A stretch of 63,816 nt of DNA, filler included, from Dugesia japonica (GCA_001938525.1; 6 parts of 6 records of this genome joined end to end with filler, not necessarily neighbours in it); one strand, 5' to 3'; positions 42,674-54,893 are shown, counted from the whole stretch's first letter. Numbers and translations are program-made. The notes: generated from the sequence alone by a model not told the origin.

Positions 42674-43204
42674 AATGAAACAGAAACAAATGAAAATGAA
42701 TCGACATCTAACAGTAAACGTGGATCTTGACGACCGAAGTGCGGAGGTACCGGCACAAACAATTACCCAGATCAACCTTTAAATCCTTATTTTACAATAG
42801 AGAAATTGTTGGACAAACACTGCAGAAGCGTAATGAGAAATTCAGATGTATTAAATGAACAATTACAACAAACCCGACAATTAAATGCAAGCCTTGTGGA
42901 GAATCAAAATTTTTATGTGATGCAGATACATCGATTGAATAAGATATTGGAAAATCAGAGACGACAGATTACCGAGAATCAGAATTTTTACCTACAAACT
43001 TTGAGAGGAACAAACAAAATAGTAGAGGATCTAAGACATCAAGTGGAGGAGTTACAAGGCTATAAAGCAGAGCTGGTTTTATCCCAAAATAATCGACTAC
43101 CGAATATTTCCGGCATCCTGAACCCTATCGAGACGAGTGAGAGGGTGTGGTACGGAGAAGAGAGTAATGTATGACAATGGATGCCAAGATGTAGAGTACT
43201 GTAA
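42674..43204 (+). pseudogene. Orphan coiled-coil gene (array unit 1) with internal ENQNFY repeat
   Basis: The frame of ORF 42806-43174 extends upstream to a TTTAG acceptor at 42670 with one internal stop. The product is heptad-rich and contains ENQNFY twice. Confidence 0.55.
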
Positions 43205-43351
43205 ATTATGTGTTAAATAGTAACTGTATTACTATGCGAAAAAAAACATGTATTATAAAAACTAAAAACATTAAAAGTATAGTAAAAGTATATTGACAAC
43301 TATAATTATTTGATCAGCGCTTAATCAGAATAATTCCAATTTGTATATAGA

Positions 43352-43723
43352 ATGTCTGAAGATTTTTGAAGAGTGTGGAGCTGTGTTATGGATACGATAA
43401 TGATGGAGAAATCAAGTTTAGAACAGAAATCAATCGCAGAATTACAACAAATTAATCAAAAGATGAAGCATGGTAATGTGTCATATTTCGAGGAAATATT
43501 TGGTTATCAAAATGCCATCTTGAGAATAGAGGGAGTATTGACAATGCAACAAGCAAATAAAGATGATAAAAAGTGTGGAGAATGTTAAATGGAAGCATTT
43601 TCAGTATTAAATTTACCATACGTGCATGTAGCAGTTTGTCAGAAATGTCATCAAAGAAACGAGTTCAAACAAAGTGTAGTATGTAAACGGCCAATTGAGG
43701 AGTGGTATGTGATGTATCTATGA
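43352..43723 (+). pseudogene. Small protein with C-terminal IAP/MDM2-type RING finger (decayed)
   Basis: Read-through gives MSEDF*RVW...DDKKCGEC*MEAFSVLNLPYVHVAVCQKCHQRNEFKQSVVCKRPIEEWYVMYL*. This fits CxxC-x(n)-P[C>Y]xHxxxCxxC-x8-[C>S]xxCxxPI at the extreme C-terminus. Confidence 0.75.
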
Positions 43724-43924
43724 GTGGGATACATGGTTAAATTGTAAATAAACGCAAATTTAGGATACAGTACAGTTAAAGTAACAAAAGAAACAACTCT
43801 ATACAATTTGTAAATATTAGTCTCAATTAAAATTTGGTTAACCAGTAAATTATATAATTTGTAACTCCCAATGTCTTAATGTGTAAAGATTCAATATTAT
43901 GTTACTTGTATTTTAATTAAGAAA

Positions 43925-44790
43925 ATGACATGCAGATATCAAAATAGTATGAATCGACAACGAGTCGCGATTAATAGATATTGTGAGAAGAGTAACCCGA
44001 CCAACAAAGACAACTCCCGTCAAAGTTACGAATCGAAAACCCATGAGAACAAAGTGAGTGAGCATAAAAACGGTGTAGAGTCACCGAAGTTACAATCAAA
44101 GATAGTCGAACGAGAGAATCAAGTTGAAAAGTTGGAAATCCAATTACAACAATCCAAGTTCAAAACCCAAGGCTACGACAAGTGATTGGAGGGCCTGAGA
44201 TCAGTGGAAAAAGGAATATTTAGCCAAAGAAGAGAAAATCCATCAACTACAACTGGAGCTATCATCCATCCGAAAAAGGCACCTAGAGCAGGTCAAAGAG
44301 TTAGAAACTGAGATCAGAGGGCAGAGTAAAAAGATCAAGATGCTTGAGAAAACAGTGGAGAATAATAATGAAATCCGAATTACCAACCAACGAATGCACC
44401 AAGAAAAAATAAGCAAATTACAGGAAGAGATCGATCGTTTAATAAAAGATACTCAGGACAAAAAATCCGCAAGAGAACAAAATGTTATCGAAATTCAAAA
44501 CCTGGAGAATGCAGTGAAGCACCTCCATGATGAAAATAATTTTCTAAAAGAAACCCCTATTTGAGTACTAATTCTTCCACGTCAAGTAAAAGCTACCAGC
44601 GTAGAACAAATATTTTACACTTATAAAATCCATATGCAACCTGTAGCTCCACAAATCAGTTTATTGGACCAAAGAGCGAATCAGAGAAAGAAGAATCAAG
44701 TGATTCAATCATCCCGCCAATTCACCAATCCAAGTCAATCCAATCAATGGCCTAATTCAGCATCCGAAGAAGATTTATTCTGGCGTCTCT
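43925..44790 (+). pseudogene. Orphan coiled-coil gene (array unit 3), frameshifted
   Basis: Consecutive E/K/Q-rich heptad ORFs at 43925-44185 and 44340-44564, followed by a P/Q-rich tail. Confidence 0.5.
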
Positions 44791-45517
44791 AACCCAGTCG
44801 TTTCGAGCAGTTCTAGGCTGCGTCCGACTCTGTAAATATTGTTCGTATCTAGGTGTTATAACTCAATATATTTGTGTGATTGAATAATTTCAAGTAACCA
44901 AATGTCCTCTGACAGTCCTATATTGTCCATTTGGTCATGTTATTGAACTATAAACGTCCTATTATTTTCAATCTATACCCAACCGATTCAGTGTTCCGCA
45001 GTTCTATGCTGCATTAATACCTATACTATCCTCGAGCCGAAGGTGTCCTCCGAATCCAATCTGTCGATTAAGAGAAGATCCAAACCAGTAGACTTTATGA
45101 CTATTTAGTGATTCCATGGTGATGAGAATTCAACATTTTTTATTGTATTAAAGTGATCAGGTTATTTAAAGTGACAATTATGAATAAAACATTGAATTTT
45201 AAGTGATCCAGTGGTGTGATTGAATATGATAGTAAATCTGCATGTGCATTATTATATTTGATTGAAATAATGTATTTTTAATTTTATCATTTTCTCTTCT
45301 TATTTCTATCTGTGTTTATTTTTATGACCTATTAGTATCTTGCTTGAGGAATCTGTCTAACCTAGGTATGAGTGATAATCGAGCTCTCGTGAATTTCGTA
45401 AAAGGTTAAAAGAAAAAGAATTTTAAGTTTCCAAAAATAGTGAAGAGTGAACACAAAGTTGATGGTCTGGACCAAATTATTGATTATTATGTACAGGATT
45501 ATCATTATTATTATGTA

Positions 45518-45562
<45 letters not shown>

Positions 45563-45724
45563 NNNNNNNNNNNNNNNNNNNNNNNNNNNNNNNNNNNNNN
45601 NNNNNNNNNNNNNNNNNNNNNNNNNNNNNNNNNNNNNNNNNNNNNNNNNNNNNNNNNNNNNNNNNNNNNNNNNNNNNNNNNNNNNNNNNNNNNNNNNNNN
45701 NNNNNNNNNNNNNNNNNNNNNNNN

Positions 45725-45784
<60 letters not shown>

Positions 45785-46976
45785 GGAAATATCGTAAAAA
45801 TAACGAAAAATAAAATTCGGGCGTGGAAGACCCAAATTTTATGTCACAAAATTAAAAATTGTATGCGATAAAAGGAAAAGAAGAATTAAATAATAAAAAT
45901 AAACTACGATATTATAATATTATTTTAAAGGGGTATCTACGACCCGTTTCATTTATTATAAATAACGCTAAATAACGTTTAATATTAATTATATTTTAAT
46001 TGATGCTGGTCCAGTCATCATTCCTTGTCTAGCTGAGGAAAAATAAATCGAAAATAGTCAGCAAAACAGCTGAATCATTTCCTTCCAGACAAAGACTTTG
46101 CATGGAGATAAAGTTGATGATTCTGAAGTCACACGATGTGACTGACGACAACAAAACCTAGCAGGTTGATGTGCACCAAAATAACAAAAAATCATACTGA
46201 GAAAATGAATGCACATCAACAGTGGCTAGGAGTCGATCAATTACAGGGGTGGAATTAGGAAGGGCGAATAATGATTGGCCGGCTAATATGAAGCCACAAT
46301 CTGGAGAAGGAGAATTCAAATAAAATAAAGTGAATTTTTAAATTCAGGCAGAGTTTTTGAATTGAAAACAATTGTGACTTTAAAAAGATTTTTACTTTAT
46401 AAACCATTTTACTTTAAACAGAATTTTTACTTTGAAGAGATTTTTCTAACGAATTTGCGATTAACAGTTGTCATATTATTTTGGGACATTAGATATCGAG
46501 CTAACAACATTAAAAAATTAATTTACCAGATTGTAAAGTGGACCTATAAACTTAAAAGTAAATTTCATTTTTGTTTTAACATGTTAATTGCTCCAATCTT
46601 TATGTACCGAGTGTTCTTTAAGCAATGATGATCGTGCTCCCGAGAATGAAATAGTTATGAGAAAATAATTCGGCAAGAATACCTAAATATGTATTGTAAA
46701 CTTGTCGAGAGCTCGATGATCATGCGTTACGCGAGAACAAGATAGTTTTTGTTTTTGGAAGGAATGGTTTTGTAAATGAGTGCAGTTATGTCTTAAAAGC
46801 TTTTATTGTTTTGAACGAAAATATCAACATCATATAAACGGAATTTGATTTTTCTTTAATTAGTTGATGATTTTCTTTTAATGCTTTCGAATAATAATAT
46901 TTTTTTATTTAATTATATGTTTATTAGATTATTTTAATAATGTGAATAATTCAAGTTGTAGTCATATAATAATAAG

Positions 46977-47601
46977 GACATCTTCTGAGAATTCCGGAAG
47001 ACGGGAGACGAGCGAAGATGGTAGTTTCTAGCTGATATCTTCTCTGGTTCGCCTTCTAGAAATGAGGATGAAGAACAGAAAGGCCGCAGGCTGAAGGAAT
47101 GTCCGCTGTTTATTATTTTTATTCTTATTTGATTGAAAATATATTTAATATTAATAGTAGAAAATTAGATACTTTTTATTTAATAGAAAATAGACAGCGT
47201 ATTTCAAGGCACAGATTCCATTGGTGCTCTCCAATGACGGCGACGACGGGACATTCTGTATCCCCTGGAGAAATTCAGTCGAGCTTCTAGATTATCAAAA
47301 AGCCGTTTACGAGAAGGAGAAACAGGAGATGCGAGCGGGTCAGCAAGTGTTAATAAAGCCTGACATTGAGTTGCGGCGACAATGGAAAACCGTCTATGTG
47401 GAGAAGGAAAAGTTGGAGGTGCAATTGGCACAGCAGAGACTGGAGATATGAGTGATTGCCAGTGAAATGATCGAGCACCGCTACACAATGGAGAAGATCG
47501 AGGGGAAAATTTTAGAGCAGCTGATGGATGATAAGGGGGTCGTGACCGAAGCACCGGACCCCGTGATCATTAAAACGGAATCGTTGTCGACTGTAAAATA
47601 A
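46977..47601 (+). pseudogene. Orphan two-exon coiled-coil gene (array unit)
   Basis: GC-richer coding-like blocks separated by an AT-rich intron-like spacer (~47108-47186). ORF 47221-47451 reads through one TGA to ~47600 and is followed by AATAAA. Confidence 0.5.
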
Positions 47602-47907
47602 ATGTATTGATGTTGTACAAATGAAAGTGTTATTTATTTAATTTCTTAATGTGATATGTATGTCACATTGTGGTTAAAAGAAATTTTAGTGTCTGCAGAG
47701 GCAGTAATAAGTTTAAACGAATTTTTACTTTTTATTTGGCCGTTGTAAAAAACGCAAGCACGGTTTTAATACTGCGTCTTCAATAATTTGCTGTCGTGGA
47801 TAAGCAATTTACCTATAATTTTTGTCTTTTACTTGATTATAATCACTTATCTTAGTTAAACTTATTACAATTAAATTATGACTAAAAAGGTTTTTGTTTT
47901 TTTAGTA

Positions 47908-48228
47908 GTGAATAGATCTAATGAAGAAAAGATGCTGAAAAAAGATGTAATCGCCGCGCAGTAGAGGTGGAAGTAGGAACGGAAGGAGTTAAAACATGAA
48001 ATTTTGAAGCTGTAGGGACAAGTGATGAAGTCTGTCGTGAAATATAATCAGATCAAAGAAAAAGAGCTGTCCCCTCAGCACGCGAACAGGCTGATGGCTG
48101 AGGTTATAAAGACTTACACCGACCGCGAGACCTCAATGTTTATTTCGTTAAGAACACTCTGGTTAAATTACCGATCGCCAGAGGAATCGACCAAAGCAAT
48201 GGAACCAACCGTAGATCCATACGCTTAA
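47908..48228 (+). pseudogene. Orphan coiled-coil gene homologous to 62883-63241
   Basis: Frame AQ*RWK*ERKELKHEILKL*GQVMKSVVKYNQIKEKELSPQHANRLMAEVIKTYTDRETSM, with AATAAA right after the stop. Confidence 0.55.
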
Positions 48229-48564
48229 TAAATGAAGCCGTAGCTGTTAATAATTGAATAAATATTATGGATGTTGATTGATTGGGTCAGTTTAATTATG
48301 AATTTTATTTGTTGAAGTGAAACTATAATATTAAACTTTTACTGAGCGCGTAAAAGTGATTGCTGTCAGGGTTCGTGGATTCTGTGAAAAAGACGCGATA
48401 CCACAAAGTCGCGCTGAACCCGTGGAAAGGAGGGGCACGTCACAGAGGTGATGCAAACTTTTGAGGTTTTTAGGTTGCTCCTAGATACTTCGATAAAAAC
48501 GATAATTATTAAAAGTGAGATCAGAGCAGCTAAAGAAAAAAGTTAAAACATCAAAATCCTAAAA

Positions 48565-50165
48565 ACCCATCAGATATAAAATTGGAATATAGGAAAGAAT
48601 CGCTTCATACAAATGTGGATATGTTGTCAAGGAGTGAATGCGGTACATATGCACAATGTATAATGTTACATGAAGATCCCAAAAGTAGAAATTAAAAACA
48701 AGGATCATAAATATAGTAGATATTCAAGAAAAACAAGGCAATTTTGGTGAGAATGATGAGGGAACACGGATACCTGATGATAAAGTAGAAGATGTTATAA
48801 TGAGGATACATCATTTTTAGTGTCGTGCTGAAGCAAAAAAAGTAGCAGCGTATAAAAAGCATAATTATAATGCAAAACATTTGTAGAGCAAAGTACAAGA
48901 GGTTGTCCGAAGCTGTATAATATGTCAGAAAGCTAAAGTGTTGACAATAAAAACAAAGGAAGAAACAAAAAAGACGCAGCCAGCCGAAATGTATAAACTG
49001 TTATTTATAGAAGTGTGTGGACCACGGCCGGAGACTAGAGTTCGGAAAAAACATGTTCTCGATATAATAGACCAATGCAGTAAGTATGTAGCCTTGATAG
49101 AAATGACAAAACAAGAGGAAGATACCATAAGGAAAGCAATATTGGAGAAGTGGATATTAAAGTTTGGGTGTCCGAAAGAAATTCAAATTTATTGTGGAAG
49201 AGCTTTTGAGTCAAAATCAATGAAAGGTTTTGCAGCTGAACATGGAATTACACTCAGGTTTTCGAGTCCATGTCATCATAACACAAATGGACAAATCGAG
49301 GGATCTGATTAATGCAACACTTAAAGAAAGGAAAACTTCAGATTTAGGTGGATGTTTTGCCTGAAATAGAATTTACCTTAAACGCTACAAAACAGAAAAC
49401 TATCGGGAAAATCTCTGCTGAAATCATATTTGGAAAGAAAATAAGCAAAAAAATGGTATGAAACCAATACTCAAAAAGTGCACAAAGAACAAGAGGAAGA
49501 AATGTTAACCAAAAGACAATTCAAATCGGTGATGAGATCTTAGTGAAAGCTGAAACAAGAAACAAGAACTAAAATCATTGTGAAGGACCCTATAAAATCA
49601 AGAGGAAGATTCATGACAGACGTTACATCCTAGAGGATACAAACAGAAAAAGTCTCGAAAGAAACCTAGAGAAGATCAAAAATTTCTTAAAAAGTGGGAT
49701 GTGAGTATGTTTTAAGCGAGTTGAAATTTTTGTGTGGTTGGTGATCGTTTTTCTTGAAATCTTTTTTGAAAAAGATTTAAATTGAAATGAAAAATTAAAT
49801 GACTAATAAGAAATTGTTTTAAATTTTAATAAGTAAACAGAAAATTTATTTAAAAAATCTGTTTTAAAAAATCAAATGACTAATAAGTANNNNNNNNNNN
49901 NNNNNNNNNNNNNNNNNNNNNNNNNNNNNNNNNNNNNNNNNNNNNNNNNNNNNNNNNNNNNNNNNNNNNNNNNNNNNNNNNNNNNNNNNNNNNNNNNNNN
50001 NNNNNNNNNNNNNNNNNNNNNNNNNNNNNNNNNNNNNNNNNNNNNNNNNNNNNNNNNNNNNNNNNNNNNNNNNNNNNAAACGATCACCAATTTAAAACAG
50101 GAATTTAATTTGTTTAAAAACTCAATTAGTGTTGTTATAGTTTTTTATATTAGTAAATCGTTGTA
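48565..50165 (+). mobile_element. Gypsy integrase region plus 3' LTR (same family as 57102-59590)
   Basis: Integrase core 'IEVCGP..IIDQCSKYV..WILKFGCPKEI..SSPCHHNTNGQIE' and a GPY motif. A PPT-like AAAAGTGGGA is followed by the LTR start TGTGAGTATG at ~49700, similar to 59328. Confidence 0.85.
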
Positions 50166-50243
50166 ATGAATTTAAATTATGATGTTAATGATTCATTGAG
50201 TTTTCAAAACCCAAATAACAATTATGATCTTCGATCATTTCTT

Positions 50244-50795
50244 TTATGTTTTCAGGATTATCAGATGCATCTTTTGGTGTTGTTTATATACTAGAATGAA
50301 TTGTATTTTTATAACCATTTTATCTAACAAGTTTTTATTCCATTTTTGATTTCCAACTAATGTAAAATATTTCCACATTTTAGTTTTTAAAGTTCTAATA
50401 AATCTTTCAGTAAAAACTGATTTACTCTCATTTTCTGTATGGTATAATTTAATATCATTTTCTTCAAGAAATTTATCAAAATATTTTGATCTAATTGATG
50501 ATTCCTTGTCAAACCAAATATAATTTGGAATTCTAAAATTTTCTTCAAATATATTTTCATAACCTTCTTTTAATGATTCGTGATTTTTATTAGTCATTGT
50601 AACACAAAAACGAAATCTTGTATATAAATCAATACAAACTAAAATATAACGAGATCCATCACTTGAGTTTTTAATATCACAACCCCAAGTATTATCTTTT
50701 TCTTTTATTATTACTTTTAGGAAATAATCTTTAAATAATTCCTTAGGAAATAATCTTTATATAATTCCTTGGCAAGAAGTTTCTTTGATAATGTT
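50244..50795 (-). pseudogene. Maverick/Polinton (adintovirus-type) retroviral-like integrase
   Basis: 'LLAKELYK...KVIIKEKDNTWGCD..RYILVCIDLYTRF..PNYIWFDKES..IKLYHTENESKSVFTERFIRTLKTKMWKYFT' is the characteristic Polinton integrase signature. Confidence 0.88.
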
Positions 50796-51220
50796 TCTCT
50801 ATTTTTAGGAATATGGCCAGCACCTAAAATAATTTTACCTTTCATTACTAATTTTACTAAACCTCTTTGTAATTTTTTGAAATAGCTGGATTTTGGATAT
50901 TATTTAAATCATGAATTAAATTTACATCAGCTTAATGCCTTGATCGTATATTTTCATCTTTATAAGATAAATCATGTTTAAAAGCTGCTTCATCAACTCT
51001 ATTAAGTGGTTCTTCTTCAGGTTTCAAATTATTATTTTCATCTAATCTTAAATCTAATCTTGTTCATGGACCTGTATAATTATGGTTAAACAAATGTCTT
51101 TCACCTGGATACTTTTCCCAAGTAAATGGTTTTAAAATTGCAGTCATGGTTTATAAGCTAAATGGCTTAATTTTACTGAATAATAATTTCCTGAATCTAA
51201 AGTTGTTTTTGAAACCATTC
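50796..51220 (-). pseudogene. Parvovirus VP1u-like phospholipase A2 (adintovirus PLA2X)
   Basis: Manual translation: PFTWEKYPGERHLFNHNYTGP*TRLDLRL..EPLNRVDEAAFKHDLSY..SRH*AD..KGKIILGAG. It contains the YxGPG Ca2+ loop and the DxxAxxHDxxY catalytic motif. Confidence 0.85.
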
Positions 51221-51224
51221 TATT

Positions 51225-52490
51225 TAAAAATGAAACTTGAATAGATTTATGTGTAATTAGTTTGTTCAACATATTTACTTCCATTTTTGAAACTAATCTA
51301 CATTCTGGAATATATAATTCTAAAGTTGTTTATTTTAAAGTAGCAGCTGTATATTTATCACCGTAAAATAATAATTTATCATTTGTTTGTCTATTACAAG
51401 TAAATTCAATCATTACATTATATAATAATCTATTATAACATTTTAAAAATGCAAACAAATTTTTTAATGAAAAATAACCTTCAAATTTTTTTTAGAATTA
51501 TAAAGTTTCTTTCTTTTATAAAAACCTAGATTTGCTCCCCAGCTAGTAACATCTAAATCTCCTTTGTTTGTATCTGGAATCCATCCTGATAATTCTCCAT
51601 ATATATTTTTATAGGTTGAACTAGTTGAAATAAAATTCAACATTGTTGATGATATTCCAGGATCATTAATTATTTCCACATCTGAGGATCCTAAAGTTAA
51701 TCTCATCGATTTAAATAAACTTGGAAGCCAATTATTTTACAAAGTTATTTTATCTTTGTGAGCATCTGTAACATCAATCTCTATTTTAAAATATAACATT
51801 GAGTTACAAATGTCTAATGGGTTGGTTGACTGTAAAGATTGAAAAACTATATCACCAGAAGGCATTAAATTACTAATTGATCCAGATGAAGGTGAAATTA
51901 TCAAAACAAACTAAAAGTCCAGTTGTTGGATTCCGGATCTTAAAAAATATTTTATCTTCAATACAAACGCCGGTTTCGGCAAAATAGGAGCAGTAATGTC
52001 GCAGAAAGATGTCAACGGCAGAGAAAAGGTGGTAGCATACGAGTCATACTCATTAAACAATAATTAAAGAGGCTATTGCGTGACAAGGAAGGAACTTCTA
52101 GCTATATTTTACTTTTGTAAACATTTTAATTATTATTTATTTGGTAGGAAATTTTGGTTACGCACAGATCACATGGAACTAGAGAAACCTAGGACGTGGA
52201 GGCTGAATGTAGTAGAGAAGAACCCGGACAGCGAGACATAAAGAATGTCAGAAAAAGAAGCCGAGGAGAAATACTCACACACGTGGTTCCGGAAAANNNN
52301 NNNNNNNNNNNNNNNNNNNNNNNNNNNNNNNNNNNNNNNNNNNNNNAAGATTGAAAAACTATATCACCAGAAGGCATTAAATTACTAATTGATCCAGATG
52401 AAGGTGAAATTATCAAAACATCATTTTTAAGAAAAAAGTGTTAAAAATTAATATTATTATCAATATTTAATTTTGTTGCATCAAACATTT
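51225..52490 (-). pseudogene. Maverick/adintovirus major capsid protein (double jelly-roll), truncated; interrupted at 51909-52346 by Gypsy sequence and a gap
   Basis: 'NNWLPSLFKSMRLTLGSSDVEIINDPGISSTMLNF', 'GFYKRKK', 'YNRLLYNVMIEFTCNR' and 'LELYIP' match the Polinton MCP pattern. It is adjacent and co-oriented with PLA2 and integrase. Confidence 0.7.
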
Positions 52491-52607
52491 TCTTTACTGA
52501 TAAAATAACAAAATAACAAAACCAGATTAATAGTGATAACTACGAATTTTTTGTTGACGAAATGTGTACTGATATTTTTATTGCAAAGCTGTGAACTAAA
52601 AACCTAC

Positions 52608-52805
52608 AAGCCAAAAATACAAGCCAAAAATAAAAGTCAAAAATACAAGCCAAAAACACAAAAGCCTTGGTTCTTTTAATTCTCAATTCTGTTCCACTGG
52701 TATTGACTTATGTTGTACTAATAATGATAACCCTCTTTTTTTCCTATGTAATCACTGCTTAATTTCTGTTCCACTAGTATTAAAATCTGTTGTACTGGTA
52801 TTCTC
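52608..52805. repeat. Short tandem repeats (13-bp ACAAGCCAAAAAT x~4; TTCTGTTCCACTGGTATT-like x3)
   Basis: Directly visible. Confidence 0.7.
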
Positions 52806-52962
52806 TTATCATTTGCACTGTAATGAAGCCAACTCTCTCGGCTCACATTCGTAGTTATCACTATTACTAATATCGTTGTTTTAATATTCAGATTTCGGAT
52901 AGGTAATATTTTGAATTAATAAATTAGTTATGGATTTGACTTCAATTTTAATCAAATTAACA

Positions 52963-54793
52963 TGGTAACCACGCCTGTTGACCCATTGGCCGAAAGATTA
53001 CTACCAAAGATGTTGAGCCGGACGGACCATTTGGAGGTTTTAATCAATCAATGCCAACGGTATTTTGACATTCTGGCAAAGCCGAAAAGATGCGTGAAAC
53101 GTTAATATACAGAATGATCGAGGAAAATTGGATTGCCGACTAAGAAAGAACGGTAGCACAAGGAGAAGGGTTCCAATCATGATTGAGAATCGCATTTGAG
53201 AAGCCCAAGCAGATTGGGAAGAGATGCTCTGATATAAAAAAGGATCAGAGAGCATCCAGCTATACTTTCGAGTTGTGAAAAGGAAAATTTGAAAATTATA
53301 TGAAAATCAAATAACCGAAAAACAAATGATCGCAAAAGGTTTGGTATATTGCAGTGGCAATGATGAAATGAACAAGGAAGTGGAAATCCGAGAATAAGCA
53401 TCAGTCTAGGATATTGAGACACTAATGATAAAGATGGACGAAGTACAGACGAAAAGTAATTGTAGAATCAATGCAGTACGAAACTATAATGAAGTACTAA
53501 AAGGAAATAAGAGACAAGTTTGGGCAGTTTAACCGAGAACTGACAGGAAGACCAAATGCGGAGAACCAACCAGAAACAAGACAGAAGAGAAAACATTTGT
53601 AAAAAACACTACCAGAGAAATTCACATTAGACAGATAGAATGTTGGTCGTGTCACAAGATGAAAGACATCAGCCGAGAATGTCCGAACAGAGAGATACTA
53701 AAGTGTTTCACGTGTAGACAGGCAGAGCACATTCATTGATTTTGTCCAAATAGCAAGTGTAGAAAGAAAGGACATTACGCGGTAGATTGTCAGATACAGA
53801 GAATTTACAGCAGTAACAACTTGGAGAGGGACGACCACAGACATCAAAACAGAGTATGGTGTGAAAAATATAGAATGAACGGAATAAATGCAGAAGATCA
53901 GGAAGACACGACAAGTTTAGAGAACTACCCAAATAGACAAGCTCTAGTCAATTAAGTACTGTGACTATGATACCCCAAGTGAACGAGAGAAGTGAATTTG
54001 ATCAGGAAGTGGCAAAGAAGGTATATATATTTTTGAAGAGCGAAGGCTTTAGGACAGAGGAAGAAAGAGACAACAATGTGATAGGAGTAATTGGATACGT
54101 TTCCGGGACAATAATAAACTACGAAAAATGCAGGGGAGACCCAGAGTCACGGTTAGGATAGTTAAACAGGTTTTTGAGTGCTATTTAGATACAGGAGCCT
54201 GAATAAACGTGATGAGTTTGAATATAGCAAAGGAGTTGTAAAAAAACTTAAGGAGCTTTTAAGGGATTTGCAATTATCACCACAAATTCATAGAAGGATA
54301 CTCGGAAAAAGCAGGAATTCTGGGAAAGATGTGTGGAAGAACTACCAAGAAACTAGACTGGAATCAAACAGCAGAGAAAGAATTCGAGAATTTAAAAAGG
54401 GCACTTACTAAAAGTCCAGTTGTTGGATTCCGGATCTTAAAAAATATTTTATCTTCAATACAAACGCCGGTTTCGGCAAAATAGGAGCAGTAATGTCGCA
54501 GAAAGATGTCAACGGCAGAGAAAAGGTGGTAGCATACGAGTCATACTCATTAAACAATAATTAAAGAGGCTATTGCGTGACAAGGAAGGAACTTCTAGCT
54601 ATATTTTACTTTTGTAAACATTTTAATTATTATTTATTTGGTAGGAAATTTTGGTTACGCACAGATCACATGGAACTAGAGAAACCTAGGACGTGGAGGC
54701 TGAATGTAGTAGAGAAGAACCCGGACAGCGAGACATAAAGAATGTCAGAAAAAGAAGCCGAGGAGAAATACTCACACACGTGGTTCCGGAAAA
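52963..54793 (+). mobile_element. Degenerate Gypsy element: PBS-like start, gag zinc knuckles, protease, RNase H
   Basis: ..AACA-TGGTAACC at 52963; CWSCHK..ISRECP and CFTCRQAEH knuckles; LLDTGA*INVMS; FIFNTNAGF..IGAVMSQ..YCVTRKELLAI..RTDH. Confidence 0.85.
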
Positions 54794-54893
54794 NNNNNNN
54801 NNNNNNNNNNNNNNNNNNNNNNNNNNNNNNNNNNNNNTTAATTAATTAANNNNNNNNNNNNNNNNNNNNNNNNNNNNNNNNNNNNNNNNNNNN

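Noticed and set aside
46125-46175. GTC-stem-CTGACGA motif
   Set aside because: No GAAA after the putative stem II.
47908-48020. Three in-frame TAG codons suggesting stop-codon reassignment
   Set aside because: Other decayed units carry TGA and TAA stops as well, and the host genes here show no in-frame TAG. Ordinary pseudogene decay explains it.
51906-52418. Gypsy RNase H segment apparently inserted in the Maverick capsid gene
   Set aside because: It appears identical to ~54404-54793 up to the same gap edge, and 52347-52418 repeats 51837-51908. Mis-scaffolding is more likely than a real insertion.
52608-52805. Short repeats considered as a CRISPR-like array
   Set aside because: Eukaryotic context, no regular unique spacers and no cas genes.
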